From: an uncultured Acidimicrobiales bacterium
Lineage (GTDB): Bacteria > Actinomycetota > Acidimicrobiia > Acidimicrobiales > DATKAS01
Reading direction: 5' to 3'
Assembly: GCA_963802505.1 (NCBI GenBank)
Contig: CAWDJB010000008.1
Location: 134,112-198,111, forward strand
DNA length: 64,000 nucleotides
In this document: positions 1 through 9,274 of the stretch, in pieces
How positions within the stretch are numbered: the first letter of the stretch is position 1
Layout: every line of letters starts with the position of its first letter
Notes under the pieces: model-generated
What the model was told of the DNA's origin: nothing
The model's input: only the letters and a program-made list of their open reading frames with translations
The model's database searches: none
Made by a program: the position numbers and the translations under genes

Positions 1-2
1 TC

Positions 3-932
3 GACAAGGCGATCTCATCGGGGGACTACGACGACGCGATCCGCGAGAAGGCCAAGGCGGGGCTGTCGGGGGAGGAGCTGTTCTTCGAACTCGCCATCGA
101 AGACCTGCAGCGCGCGGCTGACCTCTTCCTCCCGATCCACGAACGGACGCACGGCATCGACGGCTGGTGCTCGCTCGAGGTGTCGCCTGAGCTCGCCTAC
201 GACACCGAGAAGACGGTCGCCGCCGCGAAGGACCTCCACGAGCGGGCCGGGCGTCGCAACCTCTTCATCAAGATCCCCGGCACCGATGAGGGCCTCCCCG
301 CGATCGAAGAGGCGATTGCAGCCGGTGTGCCCGTGAACGTCACGCTCCTCTTCGACGAGGCGCACTACCGCGCCGCCGCCGATGCGTACATGAAGGGGAT
401 CGAGAGGCGCGTCGCCCACAACCAAGATCCGTTCGTCGGGTCGGTGGCCTCGGTGTTCATCTCCCGCTGGGACTCGTCCGTGAGCGAGAGCGTTCCCGAC
501 GATCTGAAGAACGACCTCGGCCTCGCGATCGGGCTCGACGTGTATCGCGCGTACAGAGAGCTGAAGGCCTCGGATCGCTGGCTGCGCCTCGAGAACAGAG
601 GGGCGAAGATGCAGCGGCTGCTCTGGGCGAGCACGGGCACCAAGGACCCGAACGCACCCGACACGCTCTACGTCCACGGCCTCGCCGCACCGTTCACCAT
701 CAACACGATGCCCGACAAGACGCTCGAGGCGTTCCACGACCACGGCGAGGCGGGCGCCCCGATGCCACCCGACGGCGGCGACTGCGACGCGCTGTTCGAG
801 CGATTCGAGGCCGCGGGGGTCGACCTGACCTCGTTGGCAGCGAAGCTGCAGTCCGATGGGGCTCGATCGTTCGTCGACGCGTGGACAGATCTCATGCAGG
901 CGATCGAGCAGAAGAGCGCGTCGGTGGCGTGA
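3..932 (+). CDS. tal: Transaldolase, actinobacterial type (5'-partial, runs off window start)
   Basis: The frame is open from the window edge. The translation ...[64 protein letters not shown]... is typical of transaldolase. GC3-rich codons. The stop overlaps the pgi ATG. Confidence 0.9.
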   Translation, partial: DKAISSGDYDDAIREKAKAGLSGEELFFELAIEDLQRAADLFLPIHERTHGIDGWCSLEVSPELAYDTEKTVAAAKDLHERAGRRNLFIKIPGTDEGLPAIEEAIAAGVPVNVTLLFDEAHYRAAADAYMKGIERRVAHNQDPFVGSVASVFISRWDSSVSESVPDDLKNDLGLAIGLDVYRAYRELKASDRWLRLENRGAKMQRLLWASTGTKDPNAPDTLYVHGLAAPFTINTMPDKTLEAFHDHGEAGAPMPPDGGDCDALFERFEAAGVDLTSLAAKLQSDGARSFVDAWTDLMQAIEQKSASVA

Positions 933-2557
933 TGGCGACTGCACTGCGTGACCGTCCGGCGTGGAAGGCACTCGAGCAGCACCACGCCGAGATCGGCGGG
1001 ACGCACCTCCGCGACCTGTTCGCCAGCGATGCGGGCCGCGGTGAGCGCCTGACGGCCGAGGCCGTCGGGCTCTACCTCGACTACTCGAAGAACCGCGTCA
1101 CCGACGAGACGATGCGCCTGCTCCTCCAGCTCGCCGAGGAGTCGGGGCTCCGCGAGCACACCGAGAAGATGTTCACCGGCGAGCGGATCAACGTGTCCGA
1201 GAACCGCTCAGTGCTGCACGTCGCGCTCCGAATGCCGAAGGGCACGTCGCTCGTCGTGGACGGTGTCGACGTGGTCGCAGAGGTGCACGAGGTCCTCGAC
1301 CGGATGAGCGCGTTCTCCGACCGGGTGCGGTCAGGCGAGTGGAAAGGCCACACCGGCAAGCCCATCAAGCACGTCGTGAACGTCGGCATCGGTGGCTCCG
1401 ACCTCGGGCCGGTCATGGCCTACGAGGCACTGCGCCACTACTCCAAGCGCGACATGACCTTCCGCTTCGTCTCGAACGTCGACTCGACCGACTTCGCCGA
1501 AGCGACACGCGACTTGGCCGCGGACGAGACGCTCTTCATCATCTGCTCGAAGACGTTCACGACACTCGAGACCCTGACCAACGCGCACACCGCACGGGCA
1601 TGGGCGCTCGAGCAGCTCGGCGACGAGTCCGCCATCGCCAAGCACTTCGTCGCGGTCTCCACGAACGCGGAGAAGGTCGCCGAGTTCGGCATCGACACCG
1701 ACAACATGTTCGGCTTCTGGGACTGGGTCGGCGGCCGGTACTCGATGGACTCCGCGATCGGCCTCTCGACGATGCTCGCCGTCGGACCCGATGGGTTCAA
1801 GGAGATGCTCGCGGGCTTCCACGACATGGACACGCACTTCCGGACGGCGCCGCTCGCGCAGAACCTGCCCGTGATCATGGGTCTGCTCGCGCTCTGGTAC
1901 GGCGACTTCTTCGACGCGCAGACCGTCGGCGTGATGCCCTACGAGCAGTACTTGAAGCGCTTCCCCGCGTACCTGCAGCAGCTCACGATGGAGTCGAACG
2001 GCAAGCACGTCACGATCGAGGGGACGCACGTCGACTACCAGACCGGCGCGGTCTTCTGGGGCGAGCCCGGCACCAACGGGCAGCACAGCTTCTACCAGCT
2101 GATCCATCAGGGCACGAAGCTCATCCCTGTCGACCTCATCGGGTTCGGCAAGACGCTCAACCCGATCGGCGACCACCACGACATCCTGTCCTCGAACGTC
2201 TTCGCGCAGGCCGAGGCGCTCGGATTCGGGAAGACCGAGCAGGAGGTGCGCGCGGAAGGTACGGCCGAGGCCGTGGTGCCGCACCGCGTGATGGAAGGCA
2301 ACCGACCGACCAACGTCATCCTCGCCGAGGTGCTCACACCGCACGTGCTCGGCGCGCTCGTCGCCCTCTACGAACACAGCGTGTTCACCCAGGGCGTCAT
2401 CTGGAGCATCGATTCGTTCGACCAGTGGGGGGTCGAGCTCGGCAAGGTGCTCGCGGCCCGGATCATCCCGGAGCTCGAGAGCGCGCAAGAGCCTCCTCTG
2501 AACCACGACTCGTCGACGAACGCGCTGATCCGGAAGTACCGCGCGCTCAAGCGCTAG
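932..2557 (+). CDS. pgi: Glucose-6-phosphate isomerase
   Basis: Lies within ORF 881..2557. The ATG at 932 overlaps the tal stop (TGATG). PGI-like blocks include [24 protein letters not shown] and [12 protein letters not shown]. Confidence 0.92.
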   Translation: MATALRDRPAWKALEQHHAEIGGTHLRDLFASDAGRGERLTAEAVGLYLDYSKNRVTDETMRLLLQLAEESGLREHTEKMFTGERINVSENRSVLHVALRMPKGTSLVVDGVDVVAEVHEVLDRMSAFSDRVRSGEWKGHTGKPIKHVVNVGIGGSDLGPVMAYEALRHYSKRDMTFRFVSNVDSTDFAEATRDLAADETLFIICSKTFTTLETLTNAHTARAWALEQLGDESAIAKHFVAVSTNAEKVAEFGIDTDNMFGFWDWVGGRYSMDSAIGLSTMLAVGPDGFKEMLAGFHDMDTHFRTAPLAQNLPVIMGLLALWYGDFFDAQTVGVMPYEQYLKRFPAYLQQLTMESNGKHVTIEGTHVDYQTGAVFWGEPGTNGQHSFYQLIHQGTKLIPVDLIGFGKTLNPIGDHHDILSSNVFAQAEALGFGKTEQEVRAEGTAEAVVPHRVMEGNRPTNVILAEVLTPHVLGALVALYEHSVFTQGVIWSIDSFDQWGVELGKVLAARIIPELESAQEPPLNHDSSTNALIRKYRALKR

Positions 2558-3214
2558 TCAGACGTTTGGAGTGCTGATCTCCCGATGCTCGATCTCGTCG
2601 CCTCGGGCGACGATCACCGTCGCGACCATCGACGGTGGGAACAGCCCGTGCTCCACGACCCCCGGCGTCGACGCGAGCAGCAGCGCGAGCGCCTCGACGT
2701 CGGTGACGAGCCCGTGATAGTCGGCGATGACGCCGCCGTCAGGGCTTCGGGGCACATCGCGCAACCTGACGTCACCGAGCCGATGGACCGTCGCGGTGAG
2801 CCCGAACTCGAGCAGCTCGAGCGGTATCGGGCCGTGGATCGTCGGCACTGGCTTCGACGAGTCGGCGATGACGACGAAGCGATCGGCCGCTGCGGCGACG
2901 AGCTTCTCGCGGGTGTGCGCGGCGCCGCCTCCCTTCACGAGCCAGCCGTCGGGAGCGATCTGATCGGCGCCGTCGATCGTGATGTCGAAGCGGTCGATCT
3001 CGTCGAACGACTCGACCCGCAGCCCGAGCTCAGATGCCGCCTTCTCCGTACGCGGGGACGTTGCGACGCAGCGGATGTCGAGCTGGCGCCGGGCGAGCGC
3101 GGGCAGCAGGTACGCCACTGTCGAGCCCGTGCCGAGCCCGACGGTCATCCGGTCTTCCACGAGCTCCGCCGAGGCCTCGGCCGCGAGCCGCTTCTCTTCT
3201 TCCACGATCGCCAT
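2558..3214 (-). CDS. rpiA: Ribose-5-phosphate isomerase A
   Basis: 218-aa ORF with an ATG start. It carries the GLGTGST, DGADQI and KGGGAAHTREK blocks characteristic of RpiA. Confidence 0.9.
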   Translation of the reverse strand: MAIVEEEKRLAAEASAELVEDRMTVGLGTGSTVAYLLPALARRQLDIRCVATSPRTEKAASELGLRVESFDEIDRFDITIDGADQIAPDGWLVKGGGAAHTREKLVAAAADRFVVIADSSKPVPTIHGPIPLELLEFGLTATVHRLGDVRLRDVPRSPDGGVIADYHGLVTDVEALALLLASTPGVVEHGLFPPSMVATVIVARGDEIEHREISTPNV

Positions 3215-3251
3215 GACCGCGGGAACCTACCTGACAGATTGCGAGCGGACC

Positions 3252-4679
3252 ATGAAGCATGAGATCCCCGACGACCACGTCATCGTCCTCTTCGGAGCGA
3301 CCGGCGACCTCGCGAAGCGCAAGCTGCTTCCGGGCTTGTACCACCTCGCGTCGGCGGGGCTGCTGCCCAAGCGCTACCGGATCATCGGCACGTCACCTGC
3401 GAGCTTCGCGATCTCCCCGGCGCAGTTCCGGAAGCACGCCAAGGACTCGATCCGTGAGTTCGGCATCGTCAAGCCGTCGGGCGACACGTGGAAGACGTTC
3501 GAAGCCGCGCTCGACTTCGGCGCGGCCGATCCCGACAATCCCGCACCGCTCGTCGAGGCGGTTGCGAAGGCGAAGAAAGCGATCGGCGGGCAGCCGAGGC
3601 TCCTGCACCACCTCGCGGTCCCACCGGTCGCGTTCGGCTCGGTGGTGTCGATGCTCGGCGCGACCGGGCTCAACAAGGACGCGCACGTCATCATCGAGAA
3701 GCCGTTCGGCTACGACCTCGAGAGCGCTCGCGCCCTGAACGCGACCGTGCACGCCGTGTTTGACGAGTCGTGCATCTTCCGCATCGACCACTTCCTCGGG
3801 AAGGAGGCGATCGACAACATCCTGGCGTTTCGATTCGCGAACGGGCTGTTCGAGCCCATCTGGAATCGCAACCACGTGAGCTACGTGCAGATCGACGTGC
3901 CCGAGACGCTGTCCATCGAGGGACGGGCCGAGTTCTACGACAAGACCGGCGCGTACCGCGACATGATCGTGACCCACCTGTTGCAGGTGCTCGGCTTCGT
4001 CGCCATGGAGCCGCCGTCGTCGCTCAGCGCCAAGGCGCTGCGCGACGAGAAGGTGAAGGTCTTCGAATCGATGCGCCCGCTCGACGTGAGCCAAGTCGTG
4101 CGGGGGCAGTACAAGGGCTACCGGGACGAGCCAGGTGTGGCGAAGCGATCGCAAACCGAGACGTTCATCGCCGCGAAGGTTGTCGTCGACAACTGGCGGT
4201 GGCACGGCGTGCCGTTCTTCCTCCGAACGGGCAAGAGCCTCGCCCAGAGTCGCCAGGTCATCACGATCGGGTTCCACGGCCCGGCGCTCAAGATGTTTCC
4301 TGTGAATGTCGCCGCGACCCACGGGAGTCGTCGCAACGAGCTCGTGATCGACTTCAAGGACCCCGGCTCGATCACCGCGTGCTTCCTCATCAAGGAGCCG
4401 GGCGCGCAGATGCAGCTCGCCGAGGTCGACATGGCGTTCCGCTACACCGACTCGTGGGCCGCGGCGAACAACCTCGAGGGCTACGAGCGGCTCATCCTCA
4501 ACGCGATGCTCGGCGACCAGGCACTGTTCACGCGCTCCGACGGCATCGAGAGGTTGTGGGAGATCTCCATGCCGCTCCTGGACAACCCCCCGCCGGTGCA
4601 GCCGTACGCACCGGGGTCATGGGGCCCTGACTCGATCAAGCAGCTCATCGCACCGTTCCAATGGCGACTTCCGGAGTGA
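3252..4679 (+). CDS. zwf: Glucose-6-phosphate 1-dehydrogenase
   Basis: C-terminal 475 aa of ORF 2979..4679. The ATG at 3252 gives MKHEIPDDHVIVLFGATGDLAKRKLLPGLYHL (NADP-binding motif). The RIDHFLGKE active-site block is present. The upstream extension is antisense to rpiA and was trimmed. Confidence 0.92.
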   Translation: MKHEIPDDHVIVLFGATGDLAKRKLLPGLYHLASAGLLPKRYRIIGTSPASFAISPAQFRKHAKDSIREFGIVKPSGDTWKTFEAALDFGAADPDNPAPLVEAVAKAKKAIGGQPRLLHHLAVPPVAFGSVVSMLGATGLNKDAHVIIEKPFGYDLESARALNATVHAVFDESCIFRIDHFLGKEAIDNILAFRFANGLFEPIWNRNHVSYVQIDVPETLSIEGRAEFYDKTGAYRDMIVTHLLQVLGFVAMEPPSSLSAKALRDEKVKVFESMRPLDVSQVVRGQYKGYRDEPGVAKRSQTETFIAAKVVVDNWRWHGVPFFLRTGKSLAQSRQVITIGFHGPALKMFPVNVAATHGSRRNELVIDFKDPGSITACFLIKEPGAQMQLAEVDMAFRYTDSWAAANNLEGYERLILNAMLGDQALFTRSDGIERLWEISMPLLDNPPPVQPYAPGSWGPDSIKQLIAPFQWRLPE

Positions 4680-4680
4680 G

Positions 4681-5598
4681 GTGATCGTGATGAAGCTCGG
4701 CTACGACAAACCGCTCTACCTCATGGCCTTCGACCATCGGGGCTCGTTCGAGAAGGGCCTGTTCGGCTCGACCCCGCCGATCTCCGCCGAGGTGCATGCC
4801 GGCATCGTCGACGCGAAGCAGATCATCTACGAGGGCTTCCTCCGCGCGGTCGATCAGGGCGCGCCGCGCGTCGGTGCGGGCGTCCTCGTCGACGAGGAGT
4901 ACGGAGCCGGTGTTGCTCGCGCGGCGACGGCGGCCGGGTTCGCGTTGGCGATGCCGGTCGAACGATCGGGCCAAGAGGAGTTCGACTTCGAGTACGGCGA
5001 GGATTTCGGCGCGCACATCGAGGCGTTCGACCCGACGTTCGCCAAGGTCCTCGTTCGGTACAACCCGGAGGGAGACGCGGCGCTGAACGAGCGGCAGACC
5101 GAGCGGCTCCGACGCTTGAGCGACTGGCTGCACGAGCGGGACCGTCGGTTTCTCTTCGAGCTGCTCGTGCCGGCCACACCCGCGCAGATGACCGCGTGCG
5201 ATGGGGACGCGGGCCGCTATGACCGCGAGGTGAGGCCTCGGCTGTTGCTCGAGATCGTGGTGGCGATGCAGGCCGCCGGTGTCGAGCCCGACGTGTGGAA
5301 GATCGAAGGGCTCGATTCCCGCGCGGACTGCGAGAAGGTCGCCGACCTCGGCCGGTCAGGTGGGCGCGACGGCGTCGTGTGCGTGGTGCTCGGCCGCGGC
5401 GCCGACGAGCCGAAGGTGATCGAATGGCTGCAGGTCGCCGCTCCGGTGCGAGGCTTCGACGGATTCGCGGTGGGCCGCACGATGTGGCAAGACGCGCTCG
5501 AGAAGTTCCTGGCAGGAACCTTGACTCGTGACGGCGCGGTGGGGCAGATCGCCGACCGCTACCACGAGACCTCCGCCGCGTATGGAGCCGCCGCCTGA
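4681..5598 (+). CDS. Class I aldolase-like protein (LacD/DUF2090-type fold); exact activity unknown
   Basis: 305-aa ORF starting 1 nt after the zwf stop (GTG 4681 or ATG 4690). The blocks LMAFDHRGS and KVLVRYNPEGDAALNERQ...FLFELLVP resemble tagatose-bisphosphate or IolJ-like aldolases. The family call is from memory only. Confidence 0.55.
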   Translation: MIVMKLGYDKPLYLMAFDHRGSFEKGLFGSTPPISAEVHAGIVDAKQIIYEGFLRAVDQGAPRVGAGVLVDEEYGAGVARAATAAGFALAMPVERSGQEEFDFEYGEDFGAHIEAFDPTFAKVLVRYNPEGDAALNERQTERLRRLSDWLHERDRRFLFELLVPATPAQMTACDGDAGRYDREVRPRLLLEIVVAMQAAGVEPDVWKIEGLDSRADCEKVADLGRSGGRDGVVCVVLGRGADEPKVIEWLQVAAPVRGFDGFAVGRTMWQDALEKFLAGTLTRDGAVGQIADRYHETSAAYGAAA

Positions 5599-5614
5599 GT
5601 GCGACGATGGCAGC

Positions 5615-6598
5615 GTGCGCGTCGTCGCTGCGATCGACAAGTTCCGCGGCACGGCGACCGCGGCCGACGCAGCCGCGGCCGTGTGCCGCGGCGCGGCCAA
5701 GGCCGGCTGGGAGTGCGACGCGCGTCCCATGGCCGATGGCGGCGAGGGCACGCTCGACGCGCTGGGAGGTGCGAACCGCCGCACCACGGTGATGGATCCG
5801 CTCGGCGACGCGGTCGACGCCGAATGGCGGCTGGCGCGCCGCACAGCGGTGATCGAGATGGCGCGTGCGTCGGGGTTGGCACTCGTCGGCGGCGCGGAGG
5901 GCAACGATCCGATCGCGGCGTCGACCCATGGCACGGGCGAGCTCATCGCGGCCGCGCTCGAGGCGGGAGCGAGTCGAGTGATCGTCGGTGTCGGTGGCTC
6001 CGCGACGACCGACGGCGGGCTCGGGGCGCTCCGTGCGATCTTCCCGCCGGCGCGTCTTCGGGGTGTCGAGATGTTGGTCGCTTGCGACGTGCGCACGAAG
6101 TTCGTCGATGCGGCCGAGGTGTTCGGGCCGCAGAAGGGCGCGACACCCGCGCAGGTCGAGCTGCTGCGAAGGCGGCTCGAGCGGCTGGCGCAGATCTACA
6201 TCGAGGACTACGGCGTCGACGTCCGAGACATCGAGAGCAGTGGCGCCGCGGGTGGGCTCGCGGGAGGACTGGCGGCTATCGGCGCAAGCCTCGTCTCAGG
6301 GTTCGATCTCGTCGCGAGCGAGACCGAGCTGCTCGACGCGATCGAGGAGGCAGACCTCGTCATCACCGGGGAGGGCTTCGTCGACGCGCAGTCGTTCGAG
6401 GGCAAGGTCGTCGGGGGAGTGGCCGAGCTCGCAGCTTCTGTCGGCGTCCCCGTGCTGGTCGTGGCCGGCGAGGTGTTCGACGGTTGCGAAGCGAAGGTGC
6501 CGGCAGTGTCGCTCGTCGCGCGGTTCGGGCGAGAGCGCGCCATGGACGACACGCTCGCGTGCATCGAAGAAGCAGTCGCGGAGAAGCTGTCGAGCTAG
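5615..6598 (+). CDS. Glycerate kinase
   Basis: ORF 5528..6598 trimmed to the in-frame GTG at 5615, just after the upstream stop. VRVVAAIDKFRGTATAADAAAAV...PMADGGEGTLDAL...GVGGSATTDGG... is typical of the glycerate kinase family. Confidence 0.85.
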   Translation: MRVVAAIDKFRGTATAADAAAAVCRGAAKAGWECDARPMADGGEGTLDALGGANRRTTVMDPLGDAVDAEWRLARRTAVIEMARASGLALVGGAEGNDPIAASTHGTGELIAAALEAGASRVIVGVGGSATTDGGLGALRAIFPPARLRGVEMLVACDVRTKFVDAAEVFGPQKGATPAQVELLRRRLERLAQIYIEDYGVDVRDIESSGAAGGLAGGLAAIGASLVSGFDLVASETELLDAIEEADLVITGEGFVDAQSFEGKVVGGVAELAASVGVPVLVVAGEVFDGCEAKVPAVSLVARFGRERAMDDTLACIEEAVAEKLSS

Positions 6599-6623
6599 GC
6601 GACTCGGGCTAGCGACGCTCGGG

Positions 6624-6836
6624 CTAGCGACGCTCGCGGGGGCCCATGGCCAAGCGGACCGCGGCGTAGACGACGATGCCGATCAGCGCGAGCTTCACGC
6701 CGGTGAACAGAAGGCCGGTGACGAAGCGGAGCAGCCACAGCGCACCGAGCACCGCGAGGACGCCGATGACGATCGCTCCGGCGCCGATCGACGGCCTCTC
6801 TGGCTGTTGGGGCTTCCGGGGCTCGAGCTGACCCAC
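6624..6836 (-). CDS. Small hypothetical membrane protein (two predicted TM helices)
   Basis: 70-aa ORF with a GTG start, 21 nt downstream of gpgS on the same strand. It has two hydrophobic stretches (IGAGAIVIGVLAVLGALWLL and LALIGIVVYAAV). No homology call. Confidence 0.45.
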   Translation of the reverse strand: MGQLEPRKPQQPERPSIGAGAIVIGVLAVLGALWLLRFVTGLLFTGVKLALIGIVVYAAVRLAMGPRERR

Positions 6837-6857
6837 GGCGGCAGCGTATCGCCGGCG

Positions 6858-7799
6858 TCAGGCGCTGCGTCGGCGGTACTCGGCGAGCTCGATGAGCGGG
6901 GGCCGATCAGCGGTCTCGACCAGCACGGGCTCGCTGCCCGGGCGCACCAGGGGTCGGGGCAGTCCATGGGGGAGGGTGACGCCGGCGCGGCTGAGGACCG
7001 TCTGCATGATGGCCATGGCCTGGGGCGACAGCTCCTCGAGCGAACGGTTGCGGTGCACGCGGGTGCCGAGGTCGACCTGGGCGATCACGTCCATCCCGAA
7101 GTTCGCGCTGATGTCGATGAGGAGGGCGAGATCGACCCCGTAGCCAGTGGCGAAGGGCAGCTGCTCGAGGATCTCGCGGCGGCCCGCGTACTCGCCTCCG
7201 AGCGGTTGCACGATCGTCGAGAGGTGAGGGAAGAACAGCGACACGAGGGGTCGAGCGACGAGCTCGGTGACGCGGCCTCCCTCACCGTGGCGGCCGTCGA
7301 GCGGACGGTCGTAGTAGCCCTTCACGAACCCGACGTCGCTGCGCGTCAGCAGCGGACCGACGAGCCCGAGCACGAAGCGCGCGCCGAAGTTGCGGATGTC
7401 GGCGTCGCACCACACGATGATGTCGCCTTCGGCTGCGAACACCGATCGCCAGAGCGCGTCACCCTTCCCGCCGAGGTCGTCGAACGCGGGGAGGATCTCC
7501 TCGGTGCTCACGACGCGAGCGCCGGCATCGGCCGCACGCTTGGCGGTGCCGTCGACCGAGCGGTCGTCGATGACGAGGATCTCGTCGACCAGGCGCGTGC
7601 GCTCCACCAGCTCGCGCTGGACGAGATCGACGATCGCGCCGACCGTGTCCTCCTCGTCGCGGGCAGGAAGACAGAACGAGATCGTCGTGTCGTGCTTCGC
7701 TGCGACGAGGCGCGACAAGTCGAAATCGCAGAAGTGGAAGGCGCGTACCACGGGGGCTGGCACGGCGCCATGGTCCCTTGCCAACCGTGCTTCCCGCAA
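6858..7799 (-). CDS. gpgS: Glucosyl-3-phosphoglycerate synthase (GT81)
   Basis: It aligns along its length with my recollection of mycobacterial GpgS. Shared blocks include ISFCLPARDEEDTVG, GKGDALWRS, DADI, GGRVTELVARPL, LGGEYA, GYGVD and AQVDLG..HRNR. The start is uncertain: TTG 7799, TTG 7784 or GTG 7763. The ORF stays open to 7904 but would then run through the hairpin repeats. Confidence 0.85.
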   Translation of the reverse strand: MREARLARDHGAVPAPVVRAFHFCDFDLSRLVAAKHDTTISFCLPARDEEDTVGAIVDLVQRELVERTRLVDEILVIDDRSVDGTAKRAADAGARVVSTEEILPAFDDLGGKGDALWRSVFAAEGDIIVWCDADIRNFGARFVLGLVGPLLTRSDVGFVKGYYDRPLDGRHGEGGRVTELVARPLVSLFFPHLSTIVQPLGGEYAGRREILEQLPFATGYGVDLALLIDISANFGMDVIAQVDLGTRVHRNRSLEELSPQAMAIMQTVLSRAGVTLPHGLPRPLVRPGSEPVLVETADRPPLIELAEYRRRSA

Positions 7800-7811
7800 G
7801 GCGGCCCCGGT

Positions 7812-7825
7812 GGAGAGCGCTCTCC
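7812..7825. promoter_or_regulatory. Perfect 14-nt palindrome GGAGAGCGCTCTCC in the gpgS upstream region
   Basis: Read directly from the sequence. It lies just upstream of the candidate gpgS starts. Function unknown (operator or RNA stem). Confidence 0.4.
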
Positions 7826-7827
7826 GG

Positions 7828-7948
7828 CCAACTTGTACCCACGCGCGCCCGATCGGGCGTCTGCAGGTACGAGTGGTCACGTCCGATCGCATCCTTCGGC
7901 CCACTTGTACCTCTGGGTGCCCGTTCGGGCGTCTGCCGGTACAAGTGG
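7828..7948. repeat. Two tandem copies (period 72 nt) of a 49-nt self-complementary element
   Basis: Copy 1 (7828-7876) reads CCAACTTGTACCCACGCGCGCCCGATCGGGCGTCTGCAGGTACGAGTGG. Copy 2 (7900-7948) reads CCCACTTGTACCTCTGGGTGCCCGTTCGGGCGTCTGCCGGTACAAGTGG. Each has 9-11 bp outer arms (ACTTGTACC/GGTACAAGT) and an inner GCCCG..CGGGC stem. The two copies match at about 41 of 49 positions by eye. Confidence 0.8.
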
Positions 7949-8002
7949 ATCGGCTCCTGATCCTCTCGGGAATGTCACACCCTTTCGTACGCTCACACGT
8001 GC

Positions 8003-8944
8003 ATGGATGCAGCCGGCGCCGAGCGCGCTGTGGCTGCGCTCGCGGCCTCGCAGCACAGTGCTTTCGGCAGACGCCAGGCCGCCTCAGTCGGGATGTCCGC
8101 GAAGATGATCGCGGCGCGCATTCGGTCCGGGGTGCTGTCAGAACCGATTCCCGGGGTACTCGTGTTCACGGCGGCGCCGAAGACATGGCGGCAGCAGCTC
8201 GTCCTCCCGACGCTTAGTGCGTCAGGCGATGCAGTGGCGTCGTTCCGGGCCGCGGGCGCGTTGCACGAGCTCGATGGGGTCGAGGCTGGCTTGCTCGATG
8301 TGAGCGTCGGTCCGTCGCGACACCTTCGTGCGCCGGGCTACGTGGTCCACCGCGTGGCAGTGCTCGAGCGGTGCGACCTGACGAAGGTCGACGGGATCCC
8401 CTGCACGAACATCGCCCGCACCCTTTGCGATCTCGGCGCCGTCGTCTCGCAAGACAAGGTCGAGCAAGCTCTCGACGATGCCCTTCGGCGTGGAGTGAGC
8501 GAACGATGGATCCGCGAAACCCTGGCTCGGGTTGATCGTCCCGGCCCGAGCGGCACGGCGACGCTTCGGCGCATCTTTGAACTTCCCGACCGGTCAGGCG
8601 CGTTGCCTGACAGCTGGTTCGAACGGCTCGTCGAGCGCCTGCTTGCGAGCACAGTGCTTCCTCCACCGGTGCGGCAGCATCGAGTGGCCGAAACCGATGG
8701 CACCCGGGTCGCATACCTCGACCTCGCGTGGCCTGAGGTCGGTCTCGCCGTCGAGCCCTCGGGGGCGAAAGGCCACGCGGGTGATCGCAACCGGCGCCGA
8801 GATCATGCACGTGACTTCTGGCTCGCGACCGAGAGCTGGGAGGTGCTCTACGCGCTCTGGGCCGACCAACGAGATCCTGAGCGCTTCTGCCGCTCCGTCG
8901 AGAAGGTGTATCTCCGCCGCCTGCGAGCGCGGACCGTGGCATGA
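8003..8944 (+). CDS. Hypothetical protein with an AbiEi-antitoxin-like N-terminus and a DUF559/endonuclease-like C-terminus
   Basis: 313-aa ORF with an ATG start. The architecture resembles the common actinobacterial AbiEi_4 plus DUF559 proteins (...GIPCTNIARTLCDLG...YLDLAWPE...). The family call is from memory. Confidence 0.55.
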   Translation: MDAAGAERAVAALAASQHSAFGRRQAASVGMSAKMIAARIRSGVLSEPIPGVLVFTAAPKTWRQQLVLPTLSASGDAVASFRAAGALHELDGVEAGLLDVSVGPSRHLRAPGYVVHRVAVLERCDLTKVDGIPCTNIARTLCDLGAVVSQDKVEQALDDALRRGVSERWIRETLARVDRPGPSGTATLRRIFELPDRSGALPDSWFERLVERLLASTVLPPPVRQHRVAETDGTRVAYLDLAWPEVGLAVEPSGAKGHAGDRNRRRDHARDFWLATESWEVLYALWADQRDPERFCRSVEKVYLRRLRARTVA

Positions 8945-8998
8945 GCCCAGTGGAGAGTTGGAGGAGTCGTCGCGGGGGGCCGCTACGCTGCCCGACCG

Positions 8999-9274
8999 AT
9001 GAGCGTCACCGTGCGAGTCCCCACCACGTTGCGTCCCGCGACCGGCGGCGTCGCCGAGGTCAAGGTCGAGGGCGCAACCCTGTCCGAGGTGCTCGACAAC
9101 CTCGAGGCCGCGCATCCCGGCTTTCGCGATCGCATCTTCGACGGTGAGGGAAACCTGCGCCGGTTCGTGAACCTGTTCGTGGCCGATGACGACGTGCGGT
9201 TCCTGCAGGGCCTCGACACGCCGGTGCCCGACGGCGAGACGGTGTCGATCATCCCCGCGGTCGCGGGCGGCTAG
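8999..9274 (+). CDS. MoaD/ThiS-family sulfur-carrier protein (C-terminal GG)
   Basis: 91 aa. The sequence ends ...GETVSIIPAVAGG, the typical ubiquitin-like beta-grasp carrier terminus. Good codon bias. Confidence 0.8.
   Translation: MSVTVRVPTTLRPATGGVAEVKVEGATLSEVLDNLEAAHPGFRDRIFDGEGNLRRFVNLFVADDDVRFLQGLDTPVPDGETVSIIPAVAGG

Noticed and set aside
2979-3251. N-terminal 91-aa extension of zwf in the ORF track
   Set aside because: The extension is antisense to rpiA, is Ser-rich and is absent from Zwf proteins. The ATG at 3252 gives the canonical N-terminus.
7828-7948. Possible CRISPR array (repeat, spacer, repeat)
   Set aside because: There are only two copies at about 84 percent identity. Each is internally self-complementary over nearly its whole length, the 23-nt spacer is too short, and there are no cas genes in the window.
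7778-7960. 60-aa ORF encoding a duplicated peptide (LVPTRARSGVCRYEW / LVPLGARSGVCRYKW)
   Set aside because: The duplication simply mirrors the 72-nt DNA repeat. All frames and both strands are open here and there is no codon-bias support. The hairpin-preserving substitutions argue for nucleic-acid-level rather than protein-level selection.
5988-8108. 706-aa plus-strand ORF spanning the glycerate kinase 3' half, the small membrane ORF and gpgS
   Set aside because: It is out of frame or antisense to three better-supported genes, is Ser/Arg-rich and has no motifs.
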